DNA from: Parcubacteria group bacterium Greene0416_36
GTDB taxonomy: Bacteria; Patescibacteriota; Patescibacteriia; VMEV01
Length of the DNA stretch: 64,000 bases
Assembly (NCBI GenBank): GCA_007375725.1
Contig: VMEV01000004.1
Location: 5,021-69,020 of the forward strand
Direction of reading: 5' to 3'
Made by a program: the position numbers and the translations under genes. Below are positions 54,780-64,000 of this stretch, one piece after another; positions within the stretch are counted from its first letter, which is position 1; every line of letters starts with the position of its first letter. Below the pieces are notes generated by a model. It worked only from the letters and a program-made list of their open reading frames with translations. It ran no database searches and was not told where the DNA came from.

Positions 54780-57728
54780 TTACTCCACCACCACACTCAC
54801 CGATGGCCCATCAAGGATGGTTTTGTCCTTCATTTGAAGTTTGGTTGTCAGCGTGTACTTCCCTTTTTCAGCAAAGTGCCAGTCGAGAGCCATGAGCGCT
54901 CCTGTTGGGGATGTGATAATGCCTAGGATTTTCTGTCCGCCGAAATCGCGCTCGCCAAATACCTCAACCTTGTCGATTTCCACAAAACGATTGGAAAGCA
55001 AGGTGATTTTGTAGGGAAAAGCAGAGAGCGAAATCAAATCACCAGCTAAAGGCCGCATCCACTGTGCGAGTCCAAAAGCCTTAGTTCTGGATACCTGAAA
55101 AAAAATCGAAGATTTCGCGCTATTTCCAATATCATCCTTAGCTACGGCTTTGGCAGTATAAAAACCATTCGGCAATTCGCCAAGCTGATAAAGGAAATCA
55201 AAGGGGGAAGACTTTACCGTTCCCACTAAATTATCACCGATATAATATTCGACCGACGCAATGGCACGCGATCCTCCGGCTCCAGCGCGGAAAAAAATTT
55301 CATCTTGAGTGATCACGCTTCCCTGCCCTGGAGATAAAATCGAAACAATCGGAAAATTCTCCACGACATGAATATTATCATATTCCGTGGGAATATCTCC
55401 CCACAAAATCTCGAGATCGCGGCAAGATTCCACGACCGTTCCATCCTCGGCCGGAAGGGAAGAACATATTTTCTCCGTCTTGGGCAAAGTCGATGCTTTC
55501 TTGGGATCCGTTACTGGCTCTTTCAATTTGGCTTTTTCCCGTTCCACCCAGCGAGCAATCCCCTGTTCCCACCCAAGATACGCAGAATCTGCTTTAGCTG
55601 GATCCGCAGGCGCTTCGCCTCGAGGATCGTCTTTTTTGAGATAATGCAAAATGGAATGGTGAGTACGGTAAATTTTTTGAATCACCAGTTCCGGCGGAGT
55701 CAGAGGGGTGGCCAATAACCCGCTGACCGAGTCGATATCGATCAATTTATAATCCGGCAGGATTCCACGAAGGATGGGTTTCAATGTTAAAGAAGAAGAT
55801 TTTTCAGAAACTTTGGGGAACTCGCTTGTTTTTTTCCCGGACAAAACACTTTCCATAAACGACTGCCAAATCGGAGCGGCGATCACGCTTCCATCTGCGC
55901 CTTGTTTCATCTTGTCATTGTTATTATTGCCAACCCACACTCCGGCCGCCAATTCCGGAACAAAACCAACGGTCCAAGCATCCCGATTATCATTGGTGGT
56001 TCCCGTTTTAGCGGCGACCACTCGATTTTTGAGGGTCAGGCGGTTATTCATTCCAAACACAAATGATCGGGCCTCGTTGTCAGACATCACGCTGACGAGG
56101 ACACGGACCGGCTCCGGATCCATAGCCTTTTTCTTGACCACGGCAAATTCCTCCAGAAGCTTTCCATTATTGTCTTCCACAGACAAAATCGACCGAGGAA
56201 TAGACCTCACCCCGTCCTGAGCGAAGGCCGTATAAGCTCCTACATGCTCGAGCAAGGTCACTTCGCCGCCGCCCAAAACCAAGGACAAACCAAAACGGCT
56301 TCGGTCTCCCAAGGTTGTATAACCCAGCCTCTCGGCAAAATCCAAAACATTAGAGACGCCCGTCAAATACAGTACTTTCACCGCCGCAATATTGAGCGAC
56401 CCCGCCAAAGCCCGCCGCAGAGTGACCGGACCATATTCTCGGAGATTATAGTTTTTGGGAATATAATCCTTGGTATCGGTTTCAAAAATCGTTTCCACGT
56501 CATATACAATGGTCTCCGGAGTGTAGCCCTTCGAAAAAGCACCCGCATATACAATCGGCTTAAAAGAAGAGCCGGGCTGGCGCGGACGAGTGGACACATT
56601 CACATTTCCATCATGCTCGAGATCAAAATAATCACGGGACCCAACCATGGCTAGGATATCACCAGTGACAGGATCGATGGAGACTAAGGCCGCATTGGTC
56701 GCTCCAAATGAAGAGGCTTTTCCAAAATTTTTTTCAATGGACTCCTCCGCTTTTTTCTGGATATCATAATCCAAAGTAGTCCGAACGCGAAGTCCGCCCT
56801 CTTCCACTAATTTTTCTCCATATTTGTCCGTGAGAAACTCGCGGACAAAAAATACAAAATGAGGCGCTTCGATTTTCTCGATTTTATTTTTAAATTTAAG
56901 TCCATAATCGCGGGCCTCAGAATATTCCAAATCGTCAATATATCCCTGCTCTTTCATCAGGCCAAGTACCAAATTTTTTCTGGCCAGCAGTTCGTCCAAA
57001 TGAGATCCATAAGGCGAAAAATAAGTAGGCCGCTGAATAATAGCAGCGAGTAGCGCGCTCTCAGCCAAAACAAGATCCTTGGCAGGTTTTCCAAAATAAT
57101 AAAGCGATGCGGACTCAATGCCATAAGCCGTGCCGCCATAAGGAATTTCGTTGAAATACATCTGTAATATTTCATCCTTATTGAATTTTCGCTCGATTTG
57201 GACCGTGAGAATCCACTCCCTGATTTTTCGAGAAATTGTTTTTTCCGGACCTAAAATAGCATTCTTGATCAGTTGTTGAGTGAGTCCCGATCCGCCGGCA
57301 CCTCCGCCGCCGCGTCCGGTTATCTTTCCGAATCCATATTGAAATACCGCAAATACCGTTCGGCCAAAAGAAAGCCCCAATTTCTTCTCCAAAAAATCTT
57401 TATCCTCTAGGGCAATCACGGACCAGACAACATGCTTGGGCACCTCTTCCAGCTTGACTATGGTTCTGGAGCGGTCACCATGAATTTCGTAGAGCAAATG
57501 CTCGCCAGTTCGGTCATAAATCTTAGTACTTTCCACCACGCGGCGATCCGCCAGACGGTTAGGATCGGGCAGATCACGGCCAAAATAAATAAACAATCCC
57601 ACTAGAGCAAAAATTCCCAGCGATACAGCAAAAATAATCCCGTAAACGAATACGGACCAAAAATTCGAAGAAAAGGCTAATTTATATTTAGATCCTCTCC
57701 ATTTATTGGGAGAACGTAAAACGGACAT
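54780..57728 (-). CDS. class A penicillin-binding protein (PBP1A-type transglycosylase/transpeptidase) with about 250-aa C-terminal extension
   Basis: 982 aa. N-terminal TM, GT51 motifs (ALEDKDF, RKIRE), transpeptidase SxxK (GSSFKP), SxN (GSLN), KTG (AAKTGTTND). Confidence 0.9.
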   Translation of the reverse strand: MSVLRSPNKWRGSKYKLAFSSNFWSVFVYGIIFAVSLGIFALVGLFIYFGRDLPDPNRLADRRVVESTKIYDRTGEHLLYEIHGDRSRTIVKLEEVPKHVVWSVIALEDKDFLEKKLGLSFGRTVFAVFQYGFGKITGRGGGGAGGSGLTQQLIKNAILGPEKTISRKIREWILTVQIERKFNKDEILQMYFNEIPYGGTAYGIESASLYYFGKPAKDLVLAESALLAAIIQRPTYFSPYGSHLDELLARKNLVLGLMKEQGYIDDLEYSEARDYGLKFKNKIEKIEAPHFVFFVREFLTDKYGEKLVEEGGLRVRTTLDYDIQKKAEESIEKNFGKASSFGATNAALVSIDPVTGDILAMVGSRDYFDLEHDGNVNVSTRPRQPGSSFKPIVYAGAFSKGYTPETIVYDVETIFETDTKDYIPKNYNLREYGPVTLRRALAGSLNIAAVKVLYLTGVSNVLDFAERLGYTTLGDRSRFGLSLVLGGGEVTLLEHVGAYTAFAQDGVRSIPRSILSVEDNNGKLLEEFAVVKKKAMDPEPVRVLVSVMSDNEARSFVFGMNNRLTLKNRVVAAKTGTTNDNRDAWTVGFVPELAAGVWVGNNNNDKMKQGADGSVIAAPIWQSFMESVLSGKKTSEFPKVSEKSSSLTLKPILRGILPDYKLIDIDSVSGLLATPLTPPELVIQKIYRTHHSILHYLKKDDPRGEAPADPAKADSAYLGWEQGIARWVEREKAKLKEPVTDPKKASTLPKTEKICSSLPAEDGTVVESCRDLEILWGDIPTEYDNIHVVENFPIVSILSPGQGSVITQDEIFFRAGAGGSRAIASVEYYIGDNLVGTVKSSPFDFLYQLGELPNGFYTAKAVAKDDIGNSAKSSIFFQVSRTKAFGLAQWMRPLAGDLISLSAFPYKITLLSNRFVEIDKVEVFGERDFGGQKILGIITSPTGALMALDWHFAEKGKYTLTTKLQMKDKTILDGPSVSVVVE

Positions 57729-57731
57729 AAT

Positions 57732-58886
57732 TTATTTTTTTCCAAATTCCTCCCAATGCCTCTGCCAAAGGAGCATCTTGAGAGTATGGTAGCTCTTTTC
57801 GTGGCGGATTTTAACAGATGAAGGGAGGGTTCCCAGAGAACGGGACACTTTGACTAACTCCAAAAGTCCCTTCTCTATTTCATCGGGGTTCCAAGTAATC
57901 GGACAAAAGGGACTGGGCCGCTTGGCCGAACACCACCAAAAGGCACAGCTGGCCAGCCCGCGGTCCAAATGAAATTGGGCCGAATCCAAGTTCGGGTCTT
58001 GGGGATACTTATCCAAAATTTTACACATGACTTGTGCAAAACTCCACAGCTTTTGGTGAAAAATATTTTTCGGATCTTTCCATAATGGAAAAGAATTTTT
58101 TTCTTTGAAATCTTCCGGGGTGGTTTCCCAGCTAGACGGCTGAATTTTTATCTCTCGAGTTTGAAAAGGCGCGCACAAATAACGACCAATAGTCCAGGTG
58201 GATACCCGATCCGAGGATAAAACTTTTTCTAATAAATCTTCATGATCGCGGTGATGGTGGCCGTAAAGCTCGGCATCCGTCGCGCTGATGATATACGGCG
58301 CGATATTATTTTTTTTTAAATCGCCAAGAATGGTAAACGGCACATATGTTTTTGACACCTGACGATTCCGAAAAACGAGAGATAACCCGCTTTTGTGTTT
58401 ATAAAACAAAGCAGGCGATACGGGAGAAGCGGCTGAATATTCATCCAGAATCGCCCATTTATATCCCTTCCGAGCAATGAGATCCAAAACCGTATCATCA
58501 ACCGCCATCTCGGGACAAAAAAATCCCTTGGGGGAATACGAGGCCCCCAAAATACGCCGGTTGATCTCATCATTCAAATCGATTTGGCGAAGGGCTTGCT
58601 TGGCGGGAATCAATGGCAAAATTGGATGATACATGGCCGAAGAAACCCATTCAATCTGTCCTCTCTCGGCTAAAAACCGTAAGCCATCAATAATATCTCC
58701 AAATCCATTTTGGAACAATAGCTCGGTCAAAACTCCGGAGATATTAAACGTAAAATTCCAAGACGGATATTTTTTTGCCAAAGCGATAAGCGGCCGATAA
58801 CATTCATCGGCTACCTTGGCCAAAACCTCCGCATCCTGCGAGGGGGGCTGATAGGCGTGTAAAAAATTGATCCAAATGGTTTTCAT
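57732..58886 (-). CDS. glycoside hydrolase family 57-like protein
   Basis: 384 aa; N-terminal FLHAYQP and internal AMYHPILPLIP segments resemble GH57 hallmark motifs (HQP, YYHPILPL); adjacent to the glycogen synthase gene. Confidence 0.55.
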   Translation of the reverse strand: MKTIWINFLHAYQPPSQDAEVLAKVADECYRPLIALAKKYPSWNFTFNISGVLTELLFQNGFGDIIDGLRFLAERGQIEWVSSAMYHPILPLIPAKQALRQIDLNDEINRRILGASYSPKGFFCPEMAVDDTVLDLIARKGYKWAILDEYSAASPVSPALFYKHKSGLSLVFRNRQVSKTYVPFTILGDLKKNNIAPYIISATDAELYGHHHRDHEDLLEKVLSSDRVSTWTIGRYLCAPFQTREIKIQPSSWETTPEDFKEKNSFPLWKDPKNIFHQKLWSFAQVMCKILDKYPQDPNLDSAQFHLDRGLASCAFWWCSAKRPSPFCPITWNPDEIEKGLLELVKVSRSLGTLPSSVKIRHEKSYHTLKMLLWQRHWEEFGKK

Positions 58887-58889
58887 AAT

Positions 58890-60362
58890 TTATTTTCCAA
58901 TCTTATGATATTCAATGGCTGAATAAAATAATTTCTCATATTTTTTGGCCGGAATCTGCCATGAAAAAGATTCCCTCATGCCGCGGCCCACCAAAGAATT
59001 CCACAGGCTTTTGTCGCCATAAGCCACTAGAGCTCTTCGGATGCTGGAGAGAAAATCCGCCGAATCATAATTATAAAACACAAAACCATTCCCGCTTTGA
59101 TCCTCAGCCCCCATCTCAATGACCGTATCGGCAATGCCTCCCGTGGCTCGGGCGATGGGAACAGAACCATATCGGAGACTGATGAGTTGCCCCAGCCCGC
59201 AGGGCTCAAAACGGGAAGGCATCAAAAACATATCCGAACCCGCGTAGACCTTGGTGACATTGAGGGAATCAAATGCCAGATTCGCCGCCATTTTGGTGGA
59301 GAATTTTTTCATGGCTGAGCGAAGCATTTTCTCATAACGCTCTTCTCCGGCTCCAAAAACCACCAGCTGCAAATTTTCCGAGAGCAATTCTCCTAAAATT
59401 TCAAACAAAAGATCAAATCCCTTTTGTTCGGTTATGCGCGTGGCCATTGCCAAAAGCGGAATATCTCCCGAAACGGGAAGATTCATCATCTTTTGCAATT
59501 CAGCCTTATTTACGGCCTTGCTGCTCCAGTCACTGGAATTATATCGGGCAAAAAGGCCAGGGTCAGTGGCGGGATTATAATGTTCATAATCAATCCCGTT
59601 GAGAATTCCGGACAGACGGTTGCGGCGCCTCGACAGCATGCGGCTCAGTCCTTCTCCGGACTCCTCGGTCAGGATTTCATTGGCATAGGTTTCCGAAACC
59701 GTCGAGAGCGCATCGGCCCAAACAATCGCACGCCGTGCGAAATTAATCCGTTCCACCGCTCTTTTGTCCCCAAAACGTGGAAGTGGAGTGCGGCCCGCAT
59801 CCCGATTTTTTTTGTGAATATTCCACCAATTTTTTCCCATTTGAAAAGTAAGATTATGTATAGTAAAAACCGAGGCGATGGATCGTAATTTGTCGTCACT
59901 CTGTCCCTGGCCATGCAATAAGTAAGGGAGCAGTCCACAATGCCAGTCATTGCAGTGGACAATATCCACGCTCTCTTCCAAAAGCCGAATGAGTTCCAAG
60001 ACCGCGACATCAAAAACAAAAAAACGCTGACTATTATCCGAAGCGTTATAAATCGTGGGCCGAGTGGAAAAAAATTTAGGAACATCAATAAAATAAATCG
60101 TGACTCCCTCAAATTCCGAGACATAATAATCTACAAAAATTTGCTTGTTGCCAGGCAAGATACAAGGATGCTGGAGTTTCCACGAGGTAATAGAAGACGA
60201 TTCTTTATTGATCACGCCATATAAAGGGGTAATAGCAAACGCGCGGTGACCCAAAGCCTGCATGGCCCTAGGAAAGGAACGCCCGAAATCGCCCAGTCCT
60301 CCTGCTTTTGAAAAGGGGTCTATTTCAGGAAAAACACAGGCAATAGTAAGAATCTTTTTCAT
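58890..60362 (-). CDS. glgA: glycogen/starch synthase (GT5, GlgA-like)
   Basis: 490 aa; N-terminal KILTIACVFPEIDPFSKAGGLGDF matches the GlgA KxGGL ADP-glucose-binding signature; C-terminal GT-B domain. Confidence 0.8.
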   Translation of the reverse strand: MKKILTIACVFPEIDPFSKAGGLGDFGRSFPRAMQALGHRAFAITPLYGVINKESSSITSWKLQHPCILPGNKQIFVDYYVSEFEGVTIYFIDVPKFFSTRPTIYNASDNSQRFFVFDVAVLELIRLLEESVDIVHCNDWHCGLLPYLLHGQGQSDDKLRSIASVFTIHNLTFQMGKNWWNIHKKNRDAGRTPLPRFGDKRAVERINFARRAIVWADALSTVSETYANEILTEESGEGLSRMLSRRRNRLSGILNGIDYEHYNPATDPGLFARYNSSDWSSKAVNKAELQKMMNLPVSGDIPLLAMATRITEQKGFDLLFEILGELLSENLQLVVFGAGEERYEKMLRSAMKKFSTKMAANLAFDSLNVTKVYAGSDMFLMPSRFEPCGLGQLISLRYGSVPIARATGGIADTVIEMGAEDQSGNGFVFYNYDSADFLSSIRRALVAYGDKSLWNSLVGRGMRESFSWQIPAKKYEKLFYSAIEYHKIGK

Positions 60363-60862
60363 AAGTGACCTAGAGTTGAATCATTAGCGCAACAAATGGC
60401 CGCAGCTAAGGCGTCGGCAGCGTGATTGGGCGAAGGTATCTCCTTAGCCCCGAGCAAAATCTTCACCATAGCCCCTACCTGATCCTTTGACCCCCTTCCA
60501 TACCCGCAGACCGATTGTTTGATCTCGAGGGGAGTATATTCAAAAACCGGCACACTCTGCAAGGAGGCAGACAAAATACACACCCCTCTCGCCTGGCCGA
60601 CCAAAATTGCAGATTTGACATTTTTGCAAAAAAATAAATCTTCGACCGACACACGATCAGGCTGCCATTTTGCGAGACACAGGTTGAGTCCCGTATGGAT
60701 CTCTGAGAGGCGAAGACTAAAATCCTGCCGAGGATCCGTCTCGATACAGCCATACTCCAAAAGAGTATATTGATTGCCGGTATATTCAATCACTCCAAAT
60801 CCCGTATTGGCGAGTCCCGGATCTATCCCCATGACTTTTATTGCCCCTTTTGTATTCAGCAT
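60359..60862 (-). CDS. ruvC: crossover junction endodeoxyribonuclease RuvC
   Basis: 167 aa; VMGIDPGLANTGFGVIE start, catalytic acidic residues in the RNase-H-like fold, C-terminal PNHAADALAAAIC. Confidence 0.9.
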   Translation of the reverse strand: MLNTKGAIKVMGIDPGLANTGFGVIEYTGNQYTLLEYGCIETDPRQDFSLRLSEIHTGLNLCLAKWQPDRVSVEDLFFCKNVKSAILVGQARGVCILSASLQSVPVFEYTPLEIKQSVCGYGRGSKDQVGAMVKILLGAKEIPSPNHAADALAAAICCANDSTLGHL

Positions 60863-60871
60863 GTAAAAGAA

Positions 60872-61618
60872 TCAAGAAAAATCAACATTGATATACAAAT
60901 TGTCGACATCGTCCTCATTGTCCAAAGCCTCCAGCAATGCGCCGAGAGACTGCATCGCCGAAGGAGAAATCGTGATTTTCTCTTTGGCGATATATTCGAT
61001 ATTGAACTCTTTGATCGCGATTTTCTTTCCTTCCAGCGCCGCACGAAAGGAATTCATATCCTCAACCAGAACCGTAATTTTGACATGCGCCGCGCCGTCG
61101 ATCTCTAGGTATTCAATATTTTCCGCTCCGGCACCGATCAAAAACAACTCGCGGTCATCGGCGGACATGGAATCAAAAGCCGAAGTGAGCACCAAAGCAA
61201 CTCCTCGGCGCACAAACATCCATGATACGCTATTGGCCGCCGCCAAATTTCCGCTATTTTTACTCATGATGACCTTGAGATTAGTGAGAGTCCGATTGCG
61301 ATTATCGGTAATGGTCTCGACCAAAATCGCACTGCCTTCGGGTCCAAAAACTTCGTACATGACCCCTTCCATGACCGTTCCGTCATTCAGTTCTCCAGTT
61401 CCCTTCTTGATAGCCTTCTCGATCGTATCTTTGGGCATGCTCATGGCTTTTGCCTTATCGACCGCCATCCTCAATTTGAAATTAGTATCCAAATCTTTGC
61501 CCAATTCTTTGGCGGCCATAGTAATATTGCGGCTGAGTTTGGTGAAGAGCGAACTGCGCTTGGCATCCGCCGCGCCTTTTTTGACTTGTATATTGTGCCA
61601 TTTGGAATGTCCAGACAT
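60872..61618 (-). CDS. yebC: YebC/PmpR-family transcriptional regulator
   Basis: Start chosen at MSGHSKWHNIQVKKGAADAKR (canonical YebC N-terminus); track ORF extends 16 codons further upstream. Confidence 0.9.
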   Translation of the reverse strand: MSGHSKWHNIQVKKGAADAKRSSLFTKLSRNITMAAKELGKDLDTNFKLRMAVDKAKAMSMPKDTIEKAIKKGTGELNDGTVMEGVMYEVFGPEGSAILVETITDNRNRTLTNLKVIMSKNSGNLAAANSVSWMFVRRGVALVLTSAFDSMSADDRELFLIGAGAENIEYLEIDGAAHVKITVLVEDMNSFRAALEGKKIAIKEFNIEYIAKEKITISPSAMQSLGALLEALDNEDDVDNLYINVDFS

Positions 61619-61687
61619 ACAATTGAATCGCTTAATGAATACAAATGAACATACCAAAATTATCAAATTTAGCGTTTTTTTTCAATG

Positions 61688-61790
61688 GTAGAAAGCAACA
61701 AACCCATCCCCAGCCCTTCCCTTAACAAGGAAGGGGGAAACAGCCTCCCACCCCTGATCACAGGAAAGGTTAGAAAAAGATTTGTTGCTT
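61688..61790 (+). repeat. variant copy of the composite repeat (TTAACAAGGAAGGG subtype)
   Basis: GCAACAAACCCATCCCCAGCCCTTCCCTTAACAAGGAAGGGGGAAACAGCCTCCCACCCCTGATCACAGGAAAGGTTAGAAAAAGATTTGTTGC; related to the 41858 copy. Confidence 0.65.
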
Positions 61791-61798
61791 TCTAAAAA

Positions 61799-61825
61799 TA
61801 AAAAAGCAGGTATATTACCTGCTTT
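61799..61825 (-). terminator. intrinsic terminator (minus strand) downstream of the small 61830..62021 ORF
   Basis: Minus strand reads GAAAGCAGGTAATATACCTGCTTTTTTATTTTT: hairpin with a strong T-run. Confidence 0.6.
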
Positions 61826-61829
61826 CACA

Positions 61830-62021
61830 TCATAAAGCCAAAATTATGAAGTATAACTCTATGATATGCTCGAGAAGAAAAAAAATGCCCGCTGTAAAAA
61901 GCCAGCGGGCAAGGCGGGCACGAATATCATCGCCGTCAAATACTTCGCTGGCAAGTATGACGGCGACAAAAATTAATCTGACCGGAATAGCCAGAAGAAT
62001 TTTCAAAAATTCTATTTTCAT
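61830..62021 (-). CDS. small hydrophobic protein (63 aa, two predicted TM helices)
   Basis: ORF MKIEFLKILLAIPVRLIFVAVILASEVF... ends immediately upstream of a good minus-strand terminator; otherwise unsupported. Confidence 0.3.
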   Translation of the reverse strand: MKIEFLKILLAIPVRLIFVAVILASEVFDGDDIRARLARWLFTAGIFFLLEHIIELYFIILAL

Positions 62022-62589
62022 CGGATCTTCCCTTCCCTAAAAATAGAATTTAAAAATCAAAATCCAAGTCAAAGACAGTCTAGAGCAGAAGCCCTAGTAC
62101 CGTCTCTGACTTAGAACCTGATTCCTGGAAATAACGACCACCCTACGCCCCGCCAAAAGGCGGGGCTGCGATCTGGCACGGCAAGCTTTTTATTGTAGAG
62201 AAAACACAAGGTTTTTCAACCGGAGAATAATCCCCATTGTCCCCAAGTTATCCATCACAAAAAATACAGAGCGATCTAACATAAAAAAATCCTATCCACT
62301 TTGGGAGAGAGAAAAAAAAGCATGTCTTTCCGAAGAAAGTGCTATTGGCATCCCTAGAATTGGAAATTTCTTAGCGCGAAGCCAAAAAATATCACGATTC
62401 ATAAGGATGTATTGGAACCCGAAAGTCCCAATAAAAAATCTCTCTCCTCCAAACTAAACAGGATTATGAATAATGTCAACAAAACACTAAGTACTTAAGG
62501 ATCTTATAAGGATATCAGTTCCAATTGTATTTGTCAATAGTACACATACTCTAGGTATTTTGGCCTCATTATTTTATCGAGCTCCATGA

Positions 62590-62631
62590 CAAAACAAGTA
62601 AGGGCACGGTGCACCGTGCCCTTACTTGTTT
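62590..62631. terminator. palindromic terminator AAAACAAGTAAGGGCACGGTGCACCGTGCCCTTACTTGTTTT after dnaN
   Basis: Perfect palindrome with A/T-run flanks; core identical to the 50503 copy. Confidence 0.7.
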
Positions 62632-62651
62632 TGCGCCTGTTTTTATGGATG

Positions 62652-63761
62652 TTATTCCTTAATCGGCATGATCAAGTAAGAGTAATCGAGTGAATTTTCC
62701 GGCCGGAAGATGCCGGCATTTTGACTGTCGATAATCAAAATTTGCACGGACCCAGAGTCCATGACACTTAAGCCATCCAAAAGATAACGGTAGTTGAAAA
62801 TAATTTTATTGGGCTCTCCTTCCACGGGGGTATCAATACTCGAGACATTTTCCCCGATCTGCGAATGAGTGGAGGCAACGGTGATCTTATTTGTCTCTTT
62901 TTCAAAAGTTAGCTCCACATCATTCATTCCTAAACGGCAAAATAAAGACGCGCTTTTGGTGATATTAGCCAATTCAGAAACTGAAACCGTGCTTCGAGTC
63001 CTGAAAGACTGCGGGATAATCTGACGATAATCTGGAAACTGCCCCTCGATCAAACGAGAGACAATTTCAGTTCCCGAAAAAGAAAATAAAATCTGGCTAT
63101 CCCCCATCACGATATCTAAAGTATCGGACTCCAGATTATCCCCCACAGCTCTGACTAGTTCCGTAATGGTTTTAAAAGGCACAATTAAATTCCGTTCAGA
63201 CTCTACATTTTTTTCCAGATGAATGATCTTCTCGGCCAGCCGAAACCCGTCAGTAGCAGCCAAAGTAAGACGATTGGAGGCGAAATCAAAATAAACACCC
63301 GAAATTTCCGGACGAGTATCATCATTGGCCGAAGCAAACAAAACCTGCATCAAGGCTTTTTTGAAACCCAATGCCGCGACCGAGACTACCGACTTTTTTT
63401 CCAACTGAGGGATGAGCGGAAAATCTTCCGCACTCTGCCCGTTGATTTTTGTTTTCTGATTCTTGCATTGAATATGAAGAACATTGTCAATTACTTCCAA
63501 AAAAACCTGATCGGACGGAAGCAAATGAACATAATCGCTGAGCAATTTCGCGTTCACAGTAAAGGCCCCTTCCATTTCGATCCTTCCCCGAACCAAAGAA
63601 TGCATGCCGATTTCCAAGTTAGTGCTGGAAAGTTTTAGAATCCCATTTTCTGTTTTGAGCTGAACGTTATTGAGGATTGGAAGGGTTGTATGTTTAGAAG
63701 CTATATGGGATACGATTCCGAGTGCTTTGGCTAAATTTTCTTGAGTACAGATGAATTTCAT
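62652..63761 (-). CDS. dnaN: DNA polymerase III beta sliding clamp
   Basis: 369 aa. MKFICTQENLAKALGIVSHIASKHTTLPILNNVQLKTENGILKLSSTNLEIGM is a canonical DnaN N-terminus. Three-domain length. Confidence 0.9.
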   Translation of the reverse strand: MKFICTQENLAKALGIVSHIASKHTTLPILNNVQLKTENGILKLSSTNLEIGMHSLVRGRIEMEGAFTVNAKLLSDYVHLLPSDQVFLEVIDNVLHIQCKNQKTKINGQSAEDFPLIPQLEKKSVVSVAALGFKKALMQVLFASANDDTRPEISGVYFDFASNRLTLAATDGFRLAEKIIHLEKNVESERNLIVPFKTITELVRAVGDNLESDTLDIVMGDSQILFSFSGTEIVSRLIEGQFPDYRQIIPQSFRTRSTVSVSELANITKSASLFCRLGMNDVELTFEKETNKITVASTHSQIGENVSSIDTPVEGEPNKIIFNYRYLLDGLSVMDSGSVQILIIDSQNAGIFRPENSLDYSYLIMPIKE

Positions 63762-64000
63762 ATACTTTGTTTATTATGTTTTGTATTTCTATATATAGAC
63801 AAATTAACAATATAGAATAATAAGCGTTGTGGAAAAGCGGAAAAGCGATTTTGAGATTGTTTCTATTTGGGTATTTCAAATCGTTCATTGCGGATAAAAG
63901 GTAAGGTATCTTCTGTATGAGTTGGGACAGAGTGGGGACAAAAAAAGAGAGAAGTTTTTGGGTGTCGATAAGTCCGGTTGTTATTCAGATTTTTTCTGGA

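Noticed and set aside
3907-61790. Possibility that the recurring about 85-bp repeats form a CRISPR array
   Set aside because: Copies are tens of kb apart in both orientations, with no regularly spaced short spacers and no cas genes in the window; they behave like dispersed REP/MITE-like elements.

Overview
The window is a low-GC, gene-dense bacterial chromosomal segment. The lineage is inferred, not verified: many small secreted/membrane proteins, weak Shine-Dalgarno signals and TrbC/VirB2-like pilin paralog arrays suggest a Candidate Phyla Radiation / Patescibacteria-like organism. Housekeeping genes are clearly recognisable: clpP, rny, hup, the lemA-htpX-clpC operon, radA, recG, a DEAD-box helicase, ogt, pgi/pmi, an SPFH protein, a Pif1-like helicase, polA, galU, PBP1A, glgA with a GH57 protein, ruvC, yebC and dnaN, plus two tRNA-Ser genes. 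Several accessory features stand out. (1) A tandem array of 15 paralogous small signal-peptide plus two-TM TrbC/VirB2-like pilin genes at 40.5-48.0 kb. It is led by an orphan solute-binding lipoprotein gene, interrupted by a hicAB toxin-antitoxin pair, and has two longer paralogs elsewhere at 16.7 and 20.6 kb. (2) An intact IS66-family insertion sequence with perfect 19-bp terminal inverted repeats and an 8-bp target duplication. (3) A roughly 85-bp composite double-hairpin repeat family (TTGACAAGGG core) present in at least 10 copies at gene boundaries. (4) A family of near-perfect GTAAGGGC/GTAGGGGC palindromes. Some copies look like bidirectional terminators, and three copies sit in-frame inside two adjacent membrane-protein genes, similar to Rickettsia palindromic elements. 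(5) An HTH-Panacea (DUF4065) antitoxin gene overlapping a RelE/ParE-like toxin gene next to a tRNA-Ser. (6) A conserved UTR hairpin element in three copies with compensatory stem changes. Smaller observations include a candidate small RNA behind a near-consensus promoter, CCTAA-rich leaders in front of several start codons, and a possible oriC fragment next to dnaN. Nothing was searched against databases; all calls come from motifs read directly in the sequence.
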